A stretch of DNA of 64,000 nucleotides from Epiperipatus broadwayi (taxonomy: Eukaryota; Animalia; Onychophora), in the NCBI GenBank assembly GCA_028023455.1, contig JAQFVV010000002.1, positions 6,324,001 through 6,388,000 on the forward strand. Direction: 5' to 3'. Every line of letters starts with the position of its first letter. The first letter of the stretch is position 1. Below, piece by piece: positions 1-11,536 of this stretch. The translations under genes and the position numbers were made by a program. The notes beneath the pieces are model-generated. The model was not told the DNA's origin. It did no database searches and saw nothing but the letters and a program-made list of their open reading frames with translations.

Positions 1-289
1 AATGATGGAAAGACTATTTTATTTTGTGTGTATATATATATCTCAAACCAGATACTTTATCCACTTCAAAAATTCCATCATGAAATTAAAACTAACTTTT
101 ACTTTTATAAAGTTTTTCAAAAAAATTATTTAAAAGTTTTGGATGTTATAGCACACATACTTATTTATATTTTAAAAGTTTGTGATTTTACTTTTCAATA
201 GATTTTAGTTTAAAATAATTTTCTTTTCATCCTTGTTTTTTCCTTACAGTAATTAAAAGTAAGCAAAGTTTTGGTCTTTTTGAAAAAGC
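1..289. repeat. Dispersed repeat fragment, near-identical to 22317-22602
   Basis: Direct read-through match from aatgatggaaagac to gaaaaagca at both loci with only scattered differences; family unknown. Confidence 0.9.
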
Positions 290-291
290 AA

Positions 292-367
292 GAATTTGAA
301 CCTGGAGCCTTAGATTCATCAGTATTGAATTTTAAGATAATGTTCTGACCAACTGAGTCATCCTGCC
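292..367 (-). promoter_or_regulatory. tRNA-like Pol III A/B-box segment inside the PLE terminal repeat (related copies 803-880 +, 10756-10831 -, 11269-11345 +)
   Basis: Minus strand GGCAGGA-TGACTCAGTTGG-TCAGAACA...CCA-GGTTCAAATTC: A-box-like and B-box-like motifs at tRNA-like spacing. Confidence 0.55.
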
Positions 368-398
368 AAAGGCAAAACTCAGTAGAAATCTCATATAT

Positions 399-715
399 TT
401 ATCTATGAGTTTTCTTCTGATCTCTCCACTTTTTCCTAAGACCAACGTTGATTAGTGGTTTCCTTATATTATGTACAGTCACACTAGGTTGGTTTATAAG
501 ATGTTTTGCCATTGTAATGTGAGCAGCTTCATTAAATTTTTTTCTTTGTGTCATTTCTTTCCTATCCAATATTTTTTCCCATTGGAACATATGTTCATTG
601 ACACATACATGGTCTGCTATCATAGACACATCTGTTTTCTCTCTTCTAATCATCAGTCTATATTCTTCTAAGCACTTTTCAATAAAATGACTGGTCTCAT
701 CAATATATGATCTTC
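399..715 (-). pseudogene. GIY-YIG endonuclease C-terminal fragment of a Penelope-like element
   Basis: GRSYIDETSHFIEKCLEEYR...SMIADHV...HMFQWEKIL...RKKFNEAAHI...IN resembles the PLE pattern YIGET-R-L-R-EH...S-IA-H...H-F-W...IL...R-F-E--HI...IN, with key residues decayed. Confidence 0.72.
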
Positions 716-2119
716 CACTAATCAACTTTCCTCTTAGCAAAAAGTAGAGAAGTAAAGAAGAACCTCATAAATAAGAATATGTGATTTCTACTGTTTCCTT
801 TAGAAGGATGGCTCTGCTGGTTAAAGTCTTACCTTAAAATTCAATACTCCACAATCAAACAGCCCAAGTTCATATATCATGCAAGTACTGTCACTAGTGA
901 AGCCAGAAACCCTAGAAGAAAAAAGGAAATAAAGATTGTGCATGTAATAACATGTTTGATGTGCTATTACTGACAGTTGAATGTATTTGGAATATTTAAA
1001 TAAAGTTAATTTTTTAAATACCTTCAATACTCACATTTGATGATAGAAATAGTCCAATAGAAAAATACAAATAAAACACGATCAACACAGATCTTCAGGT
1101 AAACACTTCAATACAATCACTTTCATGATCTTTAATGTTGTCTAATTTCATTTTCATCATTTTCCATTTTCTTTCCATTGAAGATAAACATTGCTTGTTT
1201 TTCTGCATCATGTCTGTTTTATTTTATTCTATTTTTTATTTATTTACAGTTCAATTTCTTACAGAAGTTGCATCAAGCACTGACATGGTTTTAATTTAAC
1301 TAGGGAATCCTGATTTTCATTAAGCATTGTCTGTATTGAGTGCTAATATTGCATCATTATATTCAAAAGTATTAACATGTCCATGTGCTTCTCTACTCAT
1401 ACAACTTCCTCAGAGTATTTTTAATACCATATGGCTGTCTTCTTCCTATGACAGATTCTCAGGGATTGAACTATTATTTTGAATGTCTGTATCCACATTG
1501 GAGAAATTAATCAAGAATTGATAACTTTATTATTAATCAATTGATTATTTATCTATCACATGACATGCAATATTTAAGCTCTGACCATGTTCATCTTAAA
1601 CACTTCACCATTTTATTTTCCAGTATTGTAAGATACAATTTTTATAATTACTTATTATTTTGCTAGATTTAAGATATGCAGTGCTAAGATAATTACCTAT
1701 GTGGGTCTATAGCTTTCATTGCCTTGATTCCCACTCTTTAGAAACTTTTCAAATTATTTGCATTTAGAAAACTCCAACAATTCATAAAAAACAAAGGAAG
1801 CAATCTGCTGTAACAATACTGCATAACCATGGAAAATTTTATAACAAAGTATAATTGCATTGCTAAAATTTTTAATTAATATTCAATTATTTGTTTAGTC
1901 ATACTGAATTTTTTAGAATCAAAAACTTTAAATGTTGATTACCAGAATTTTTATAACTTTACATTACTATTAAAAGACGTTTATATGCTTAATTCTGCAA
2001 GAAACTATAGCCATTATATTTTTCAAATTCTAAGTTTTGCTGTAACACAATGTACTTCTTTAATCTTAATTTGATGTTTTGAAATCAAATTAAATTTTTT
2101 TCTGAGCTTATAGGGCATT

Positions 2120-3870
2120 GTGAATGAAAAAGTACACATTAAATAATTATAAATGTATAAATGCTTTGCCTTGCAGTGAAGAATCTATTCTATTGTTATG
2201 TCTAGGAAACATTGGTAAAATTTCTTATTGTGCTATTGTTTTTGTAAGGGATGAAATGTTTCTTTCAGTGTTTACAAAGTTGAAAAATTGGTTATATTAT
2301 ATTTATTATGAATTGTTGTTTACTATGAAATATTATATAAATGGACAAATGTCATTTTGTTGCTTCTAACTTCGGATGTATTTTATTTGCTAATAAATAT
2401 TTTATCTCCTAATGATAAAATATAAGATTAACTCAGTACTTTCTCCAAACCATAGACTCCTGAACGAACAACTATTAGACCTAATAAACATGCTTTTAAA
2501 TATTTTATTGCTCTTAAAATATAAGATGTTACTTATTCTGTGTTTGCTGAAATCTCATTATTTCTGTAATGTGTATTGTTTAAAAAGTTTGCTGAGCTTC
2601 TGAATTAAAATTATTTATTGCCAAATAAACTTTATATTACTTTAATGAAAGATATATTTTCCTCTTTATAGTGTTTCATTGTGTGAAGCTACAAATTGTG
2701 TTTTCAAGTGTAACAATATTTTTATAAATGTACCTAAAAATGAATAGTTGGCTATTGTTTGATTTTTGAATTACTTTCAAACAAATTATATTTTTTATTA
2801 TAGTGTTATTTAAATAAATACTTTATTAATGCTTTGAACCGCTTGTAGTAATGTCAGTGTTTATTATTCTACATACCTAAGATTTTGAATTATTTATTAA
2901 TATTCATAATCATCCTCATATTCTAGTAAATCTTCAACGTGTCTAAAGACTCTTTTATTGGAACTGTTGTGATACCAAATGGGATAGAATCAACAGTTAA
3001 CGACTTACGAAATATAAATCAGGTAGAGAGTAAAAATATTTAGTTATAAGTTTTATTCCTATGTAGATAATGTTTATGACATTGTGTATGTTCTATTTCT
3101 GTATGGTTTTACTATGTTTATCATGATTGTTTTTAGAATATTACTTTGTTTTAATATATTCGTCTTGTATGGAATTATATAGAATGTGTAAAAACCAATT
3201 GAAATTAATGGAGTAAATGTCTTTTTTCTTATTAAATCATTAACCCATAAATTTCTATGCCTAGTTATATTGTGGTGTAATTGTCATATTTTATAACTTT
3301 TTCATATCGCTTATTTGTTATTGCCATATAAGATAAAAGGATGAGCTTTATTTTCATATATTGTTTTATCATGCTAGTGAGATGTTTGTCTAGGGGTCAC
3401 CATATGGTACTGTATTTTAGACGACCCTCTGTGACAATTTATTCTTCTCATAATTTTAATCTTAGAAATAAAGTCCTTATTCTTTATGTTTACTTTTGGA
3501 TACATTATTGTTGGAGTCTATTCCATTATTTTACTTTTTTTAAATATTCCTTGATGTTTATTTAGTTGAATATTTGTTTAAATTGATATGTGATAGCAAC
3601 CATGTCTTATTTCTTTTCTTCAAATATTTTAAGGTCATGTGTGAAGCAAATCATGGTTTTATTTTTGCTCTTGATAAAATCAAAGTAGTTTATCACTATT
3701 TATATGGTTGAAATGCCCAATATTCGTATCTGATATGTATTAGAATCCTTGATATAGATCTTCGACTTAACTTTGTAATTTTATACTTGACTCTAAAATT
3801 GTATATATTCCAAATTCTCACTATTAATATATCGGTAATATTTATTTCAGAATACATTTCCTACAAGGAT
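2120..3870 (+). pseudogene. Decayed exon-like segments of an unidentified gene (duplicate of ~12570-14330)
   Basis: Protein-like frames with plausible splice sites (INSVLSPNHRLLNEQLLDL; IFNVSKDSFIGTVVIPNGIESTVNDLRNINQ|gtagag); an in-frame 6-nt indel and synonymous Leu changes between copies; stops and frameshifts present. Confidence 0.4.
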
Positions 3871-4171
3871 ATATGTAAATGAAACTTGGATTAATAAAAT
3901 ATGAGAGCTATCTGTACTCATACGCAAATGACATACAGATTATTTATGTATTTATTTTTCTTATTGTAAATTACAATATTATTTTCAAGCTGTGATAATT
4001 ATGGCTTCTGATTTTGTTCAAATGTTGAATGATTATTATTCTCATCATCTTCATTAGTGTTAATAAATATTGTTTTAATTAATAATCTTGTCATTTTCAT
4101 TTATATCATCATCTACATTTCCAGAAATTAAAATGTCATATATATATATATTTATTTATTTATATATATAT

Positions 4172-7100
4172 TGTGACCTTTTATTTAGATCCCTGTATTA
4201 AATAATACAAAATTTTGAATCATAATAATATATCTGGCATGAAAATGTTAATGAGTGGCATTCAATAAAGACTGTTCTGTATGCACTAGGAAATTTGCTT
4301 GAGTGGAGAAGAGGTTTCAAACCCAGTATAGACTTTAATTAGGGATAAAATAATAATTTTATAAGTATTATTAATTAGGAGACAAATATTGCTATTTTTA
4401 TTATTGTTGAATAGCAATTGAAATAAATAAATTAAATTTGTAAGTCTTGTAAAATCAATTGTTATAATTAATTCTTAAGCATATATTTTTTTGTTGTAGT
4501 GAATCCAAAGCTGTCTTGAATAAGTATGAGTAGTTATTGAAAGGAAAGCCAGGTGGAGTAATATTAATATATTCACACTAAGATTATTAGTCAATTTATT
4601 ACCACAATGCCTTGTAATAAAAACTATATATATTAAAACAAAGCTGCAGGTGGGTGAGTAAGAAAAAGTGAACTAAACAACAACAGACTTCAACTCTGAT
4701 CTTCTAAAATAAAAAGGAAAAAAGCTAAAAATCAAAAAATTGGAATTTAATTGAATAAGGATTATAGTATATTGCTATCTAAAAACATGGAATAAAAATC
4801 TAAAAGCCTTGCTATCATTTTAAGCACCTTTTCCATCAATTGATAGTTTTTAAAAGTTATGCTGGAAAAAAAAAATGGAAACCTTGTGCATCATAACTGA
4901 CTCCCATAAGTATTGCTTCATACCCAGAAAAATTTTAAAAAAAGTAAGCTTTTACTTTTATGTTATTCATATTTTTAAAATCTCTTCTTTAAAAATGACG
5001 CACAAATTATTTATAGTTAAAATAAAGAGTTGATAATGTTTGTATTTCGCGACACTATTATACATAAAGCAGAACATATGATCATTTGAAAATCGTAATT
5101 TCAAGAAAATAATTCAAAGTAATTTTAAAGAAAGATTTCAGAAGATATTATAAATAAATCAAAAGTCATTTTATATCATATAATTTTAATAATGTTAAAA
5201 GATAATTGCAAGTGATGTTATTTTCAATTATTTCTTAAGAAATAAACACTCATCTGATAATTTTCTTTGGCGCAAACTTATGTAACGGTAGAAATGAACA
5301 ATTACAAATTCATTAAAAATGCTCAGGATATCGTACTTGTAATTGGATAAATTCCTTTTAATAGTGCTAAACAATTATTACTTTGTTAAGGGAAATATAA
5401 TAAAATAAATCGTTACTCTTAAATTTTTTTACAGTGCAATGCGTATAAATAAGATATTTAAAAAATGTCTGATAAATGTCCCAATTACTTAAAGTGTTAC
5501 AAATATTACCACAAATAGAAGAACAGAATCAATAAGTTATTTTTTGAAAAAAAAAAACAAGTTAAAGATATTAATTGCAATAAATTATAAAGTCATTTTC
5601 AGGGAAAATCATCTGGATTAAAATGTAACTAAAATGATTTTAGTTATACCCCACTTGAAATGTATACATCTTTTCTCTCTATGTAAAACCTAATAAATCA
5701 ATAAATGTCTTTAAAAAGTTTGTTTTGAAGATCATAATAACCTATAAAGTTAATAAGGAAAATTATCTATAGAAAAGTAAATAAACCTATCCTTTTAAGT
5801 ATGCTATACTTGGAAATGTGAATTTTAATTGTCTTATTAATTATCGGTACAGAAACCATTAAATATTTTTTTTTGCCTTTGGAGAAGTGTTGAATATTGC
5901 TTTATTATGATTAGAACAGTATAATAAAATTATATACATGCGTTATTTGGAATGTTTACCCCTCATAATATCAGTTCTTATCATTTTAGCTCACCAGAAT
6001 AAAATAAACTTTACGAACAGGCTAAACTCTGATGGTTGAAAACATTTGTTTATTTTTTTTTATTACTGCTGTGTTAGCTTATAATGCTTATGTCATGTGT
6101 TATTTGGGAATTTTGTTTTTAAACATATATGTTTTATTGTGGTATAAAATATATTGAGTTTAAAAAAATGTGTAAAATATATACATCTATTACATTTATT
6201 TTTATTTTTTCAGTTAAGGGAAAACATGATATTATATATCATTCATCTAAACAAATAGGGAAGAGAGATTTATTTTTCGTATTTTTTAACAAATTTTAAT
6301 ACTTTATTAAACGTGAACAAACAAATATTTTGTCAAAGATATACTAAAGATCCAATTATTTTCTTATATAAAAGAAAAATTGATCTAAACCTTTTTCATT
6401 TCTTAATTTTACATAGGAATGAACTTGTCCACTTTGAATACAAATGCAGGTTGGTCTTTATTGCTTAAATATGCTGTGCTCTCTTTAACAAAAGTATAGT
6501 TGTCATTTTAAAATAATTAATGATCATTTGACATATATATATATTTGGTTTGTCTATTGATACATTAATGGTTGTGCATTGTGAAATGGAATATGTATAT
6601 CTCCATTTTTATTGTTAGTGTTGTTGTACCTTGCTATAATATTGAGAATGATTTGTCACAGTTTTTAGTTGATAGCATGTGCCAATAGAATGGCATCCAA
6701 TAGATTAACATTTACATTGAGCATGGGTTGATGGAAAATCACCTATTGTTGATTCCATGACAGAATAGTATGGTAGAGGCTAAGTAATAATAATTAATGA
6801 GTGATTAGCATAATTAATCCCAAAAGAGGATATCCATGGTTTGAATTCTATTTTCCATGATGAGACAAAGCCCACATGTGTATACCCATAGAGAGGTAGT
6901 AGAATTAGCCATATTATTATACAACTGTCATGTTGTTTTATAGAGCCTCCCTTTTATTGTTAGATCCCTCATGATGATATAGAGTTAGTTTTCCCACCGA
7001 ATATGGTGAATTATAGTAGTTCAAAAATCATATAGCAAGGATAAAATGTTAGATTTAGGAACACTGATCTGGCTATAGTGTTTGCCTAATTATAATAGTG

Positions 7101-9195
7101 CTTCATAATGTTGTAGGATCATCATCAGTTATAGACAGACCAAAATAAAATCTATTAATAATTGCAAAACTTATAGATGTAAGAGCAAGAGATGCATGTG
7201 AGCAGTGTGGATTCATCTTCATTGAATAATGATTTAATAATGGATTGGTAAGATCAGTTAAGTATTCAATAATTAGGTTGTGGACATAGATAATGTTTTA
7301 GTGACATGTGTGTATTTGACTTTTGTTGTCTGTTCTTTAATACACTAAACATATTCATCTTAAGTTTTAATCAGTTATTAATTGCCAGAATGATAATTGC
7401 CCTTATCATATTCTGGTAAAGGAAATGGCTTCAGTATAATGCAATACTTGATAACTTTTGAATTCTAAATTTAAAGTTTTGCATACCATAAGGTCCTAAA
7501 TACACTGTTGTTTGTGTAATTTAAGTGCTAGTTCAGTTTCAATAAGGTTTCATGATCTTATTCTTTAATATAGGCTAAACAGTAATAAGAGATACATTGA
7601 ATATCATTTTATAAGCTAGTTGTATTAACTAAGAATATGGTTAATGGGATACTGAGTATTTTCACATCCCTGAGTTTAAATTTAATATATTGGTTTTATT
7701 TCATGCCATGTCTTTGAATTGAAATTTCTAAATATTGTAAATAAAGTTTGTTGTGTTTAAAAATTTATTTAGTTGCCCACAGTCTTATTGCTAATCAACA
7801 TATATACACTATTATTGTTATTGCTATTGACCTACCAGGAGATTATAAATTGAAATTATCATCGACCAATATAGTACTATTAACTATATTATGCTATATC
7901 ATAATAATTTTGTTAAGCCTTATAATTTATTAGTACATCTAATGCATCATCACACAATAATCAAAATATTAATAACTTAGAGTACAGATTATTTTAAGTA
8001 ATAGATTAAAAGATAAATATAATATGGATTTAATTGATTTAGTTAAATCCGCAGAGCTGTCATTCACTGATCTTGATCACATGGTTTATCATTATCTAAT
8101 AAAACGAATTTGGTAAGTTAATGTTTTTAATTATTAAAAAGTCATTCCTATTCCTAAATTTTAAAATTTATATTAGTTATAAAGTTTCTTTAGAACTGTT
8201 AAATACAGTTGTTAATTTGAGATTCTAATAAGAGCTGTCATGTGCGGTAGTAGCAAAATCCCTCTCATTGACTCAAATATATGTTGTATAACAATTTTGA
8301 ATGTTTCAAGGTAAAATTTGAATTTGTAGTAAATTTTATAGATAGTTATTTATTATAGTTGGATTTGAATTAGATTACTTTCACTGTTTTATGAAAGTCA
8401 ACTAAACTTTAAGGTATAAATTACTTCTTTGGTCATAAAAATGCATAACTTGTTTTAACTTTATGATAAATATTCTGCTTGTGTCAAGCTTGTAATCCCT
8501 ATTTTTATTTAGCTTATCTTTTTACCATTTAATACAATATTAGTTTATAGTTTAAGATTTCAGTATCCATCATTAACATTGTTTTTCAATTTCATCATGA
8601 TTGTTCTTTTATTTATTCATTCTCATTTGATATTAATTCATTATCATAATTGATTAAACATACATTAACTTTTATTTTTTTATCATCTTCACTATTTATT
8701 AACTCTTATTCTATCATTACCTTAATCATTCATTATTCTCATACATCTTTATTCTTTTCTCTTCATTCTTAGACTTATCTTATTCTACTATGTAATTATT
8801 ACTTATTTTCATCATCCATTTAGTCATCTACATCATAATTTACTAATTATTTCATTTATAAGTTCAATTTCATAATCATTCCAGAGATATAATTATTAGT
8901 TATTTATTAGTTTACTAAATATCGAATTTAACTCATCACCTTTTGTTTGTGTGGATTTTAAAGCTGGTTTGACCAGAAGTTATTATCTTTATTAATCACC
9001 TTGTCATCTTCTTTAGATCTATAGTTTCATGCTAGTTTTATTCAATACAGGAATCATTTCGTTAGTTTAACCTTTTTGTTTCTTTATTCTTATAGTCTTG
9101 ATAATGAGAGTATGATAGGTTGCATAGGAGAATTTAATCGCTAAAAAGTGCGGCATGATTTGTTTATGACCAGTTAGACCAGTGAGAAGGTTACA
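4172..9195. mobile_element. 5.0-kb TG...CA-bounded insert in a (TA)n tract; no RT or transposase recognised
   Basis: Absent from duplication copy 2. Left end (TA)n|TGTGACCTT, right end AAGGTTACA|(AT)n: 8/9 inverted termini. Confidence 0.5.
8024..8310 (+). pseudogene. Two-exon gene fragment (8024-8112, 8177-8310), unknown protein, one frameshift
   Basis: ATG-started MDLIDLVKSAELSFTDLDHMVYHYLIKRI|gtaagt, 64-nt intron ending tattag, exon 2 CYKVSLELLNTVVN/(shift)ILIRAVMCGSSKIPLIDSNICCITILNVS ending AG|gtaaaa. Confidence 0.6.
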
Positions 9196-9205
9196 ATATA
9201 TATAT

Positions 9206-9425
9206 ATTAGAGTGCTAGAATATTATAGAAGTCACTTTATTAAAATGTATACTGTTGATGTTTAAAATAACACCCATAAATAAAAGTGTTTTATTTTATT
9301 TTGAAATAAGAATATAACAAAAACTTTGATATGATGTATTTGTATCAAGACCTCAGATTTATTTATTGATTGGTGGAGGAGTCTTTAATCGATCAGACTG
9401 CATTTATTTTCGTTGGTTAAACGTT

Positions 9426-9456
<31 letters not shown>

Positions 9457-9596
9457 GGAGAGAGGGGATAGACAGAGATAAAGATGAATTGAATGCCTTA
9501 TCCTATAGTAGCATTTATCTTAAATTATTTAAAGAAAGGCTTGTTTAGAGCTTATTAGCACACTCTTAACTTTACATATTTGTTAAATACAAGACA
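9206..9596 (+). repeat. Segmental duplication block Z, copy 1 (pairs with 14817-15176)
   Basis: Colinear match ending at gttaaatacaagacat in both copies; includes a (TA)n(GA)n tract. Confidence 0.92.
9357..9422 (+). pseudogene. 66-nt candidate exon IYLLIGGGVFNRSDCIYFRWLN (copy at 14965-15030: IYLLMAGGVFSRSDCIYFRWLN)
   Basis: cctcag acceptor, open phase-0 frame in both copies, weak gtttat donor. Confidence 0.4.
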
Positions 9597-10551
9597 TTAC
9601 TTCCTTTCTGGTTCGAGTCATATATTAGATTTTCTGCAAGTTAAATCTTTTCTCGTGGTTCTTTCTCTAGGCAATTTTAATATAATTGCCTATTATTGCT
9701 TTTCATGTTGATGACTGATCATCTAATTATCTAGCTCTTTATCTTCTTTGTGTTTTTCCATTTCATCTGCAGATAATGTATATTGCATTTGTATGCAAAA
9801 TCTTTTCAAAATTGCGTTTCTAATTCCAAGATAGAATTTGATATCCTATAAATAGTTGCTCAATACCAGTCTTATAACATAATGTCTATATTTGTTGTAA
9901 ATTAGTGTACTTTTCTATTCCATTCTGGATAAACGTTTTACAAAATACCTTATTACTGAGGTTGCATGCAAACTAAATATGGGAAGATATTTTGAAAATT
10001 CGTACTTTGCTCATATCAAGTCCCTTGATCTGTGTATTTAGAATTGAAAGATGCTTCATTTAACATGTTGAAATAACCATACATCACATTAATTTTTATA
10101 TCATGAATTCTGATCATGTCTACAGGTCTTATATTATATAAAGAATTGTCAACATAGCTGACAAAATCATGACATTGCTGTTTATATAAAACAAATTTCT
10201 TTTATAAACCCAAAAGTATACTTTGCCATTGCATGATGGTCTGAATTCATCATTACAATCCATGCAATCATGACATATATTCTCTTGTTTTATTACATCT
10301 GTAGTATTTTTCAAGACCTTATTTTGCCCTATCTATATTTTAACTTGTCCTCGGTAAGTTTTTTTTTGTATTTTCTGTTTTCATATTTGTATCTAAGATT
10401 TCCAACCTCACTTCTATGACAACTTTAATAGGATCAGTATTTTTAATACCTTCTCTAAGTGTACTACCTGATATAATCAACAAGCACTTGAATATAAATT
10501 TTGATCTAAATTTTCATTCACACAAATGTCACTTCTTTGTGACTTCAATAC

Positions 10552-11536
10552 ATTTTTTTATATTGGACTATTTCCAACAGCTAATGTGAGTATTGAATGG
10601 TTTTAGAAAAATTTGACCTTATTTAAATATTCAAATTACATTCAACTGTTAGCAATAGCACATCAAATAGGTTAATATATGCACAACGTTTCCAGAGATA
10701 TTATTCTCTTCTTTTCTTTAGGTGTTGCCGGCCTGACTTGTGACAGAACGAGCATGAATTTGAACCTGGACCCTTTGATTCATCAGTATTGAATTTTAAG
10801 ATAATGCTTTTCACAATTGAGTCGTATTGCCAAAGGCAAGACTCAGTAGAAATCTCATATATTTATCTATGAATTTTCTTCTGATTTGTCCACTTTTTTC
10901 TAAGACCAAAGTTGATTAGTGGTTTCCCTATATTATGTATAGTCACACTAGGTGGGTTTATAAAATGTTTTGCCATTGTAATGTGAGCAGCTTCTTTAAA
11001 TTTTTTTTTTGTACCATTTCTTTCCTATCCAATATTTTTTCCCATTTGAACATATGTTCATTGACACATACATGGTCTCCTGTCATAGACACATCTGTTT
11101 TCTCTCTTCTAATCATCAGTTTATATTCTCCTAAGCACTTTTCAATAAAATGACTGGTCTCATCAATATATGATCTTCCACTAATCAACTTTCCTCTTAG
11201 CAAAAAGTAGAGAAGTTAAAAAGAACCTCATAAATAAGAATATGTGATTTCTACTAACTGTTTCCTTTAGCAGGATGGCTCTGCTGGTTAAAGTTTTACT
11301 TTAAAATTCAATACTCCACAATCAAACAGCCCAAGTTCATATCCCATGCAAGTACTGTCACTAGTGAAGCCAGCAACCCTAGAAGAAAAAAGGAAATAAA
11401 GATTGTGCATATAATAACATGTTTGATGTGCTATTACTGACAGTTGAATGTATTTGGAATATTTAAATAAAGTTAATGTTTTAAATACCTTCAATACTCA
11501 CATTTGATGATGGAAATAGTCCAATAGAAAAATACA
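10552..11536 (-). mobile_element. Penelope-like remnant, copy 2 (fuller 3' repeat, frameshifted GIY-YIG, inverted repeat 11178-11536)
   Basis: Same architecture as 290-1069. 10561-10685 is the reverse complement of ~11405-11535, delimiting the terminal repeat. Confidence 0.7.

Larger units (their letters stand above)
290..1069 (-). mobile_element. Penelope-like retroelement remnant, copy 1: 5'-truncated GIY-YIG 3' end plus inverted copy of the terminal repeat
   Basis: GIY-YIG-like peptide at 399-715 (minus). The plus strand from ~715 (ccactaatcaac...tcttag...aaaaagt.gag...gatttctact...ggatg) to ~1069 is an inverted, diverged copy of the element's own 3' end; an inverted pLTR on a 5'-truncated copy is an established PLE signature. 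Confidence 0.7.
290..4140 (+). repeat. Segmental duplication block X, copy 1 (pairs with 10751-14585)
   Basis: Colinear read-through similarity (~90% by eye) ending at a (TA)n tract in both copies. Confidence 0.95.

Noticed and set aside
292-330. Hammerhead reading of CTGATGA in the tRNA-like segment (also ~10780)
   Set aside because: No correctly placed GAAA, stem III or stem I partner; the inverted copies read CTCCACA there; the tRNA A/B-box reading fits better.
7089-7134. Minus-strand CTGATGA-TGAT...ATTA-T-GAAG hammerhead-like string
   Set aside because: GAAG instead of GAAA and no credible stem III; too degenerate.
9600-10550. CR1/L2 LINE 3' fragment
   Set aside because: The apparent LGFIKRN motif is not in frame on recount; competing exon-like readings exist on both strands; left unassigned.
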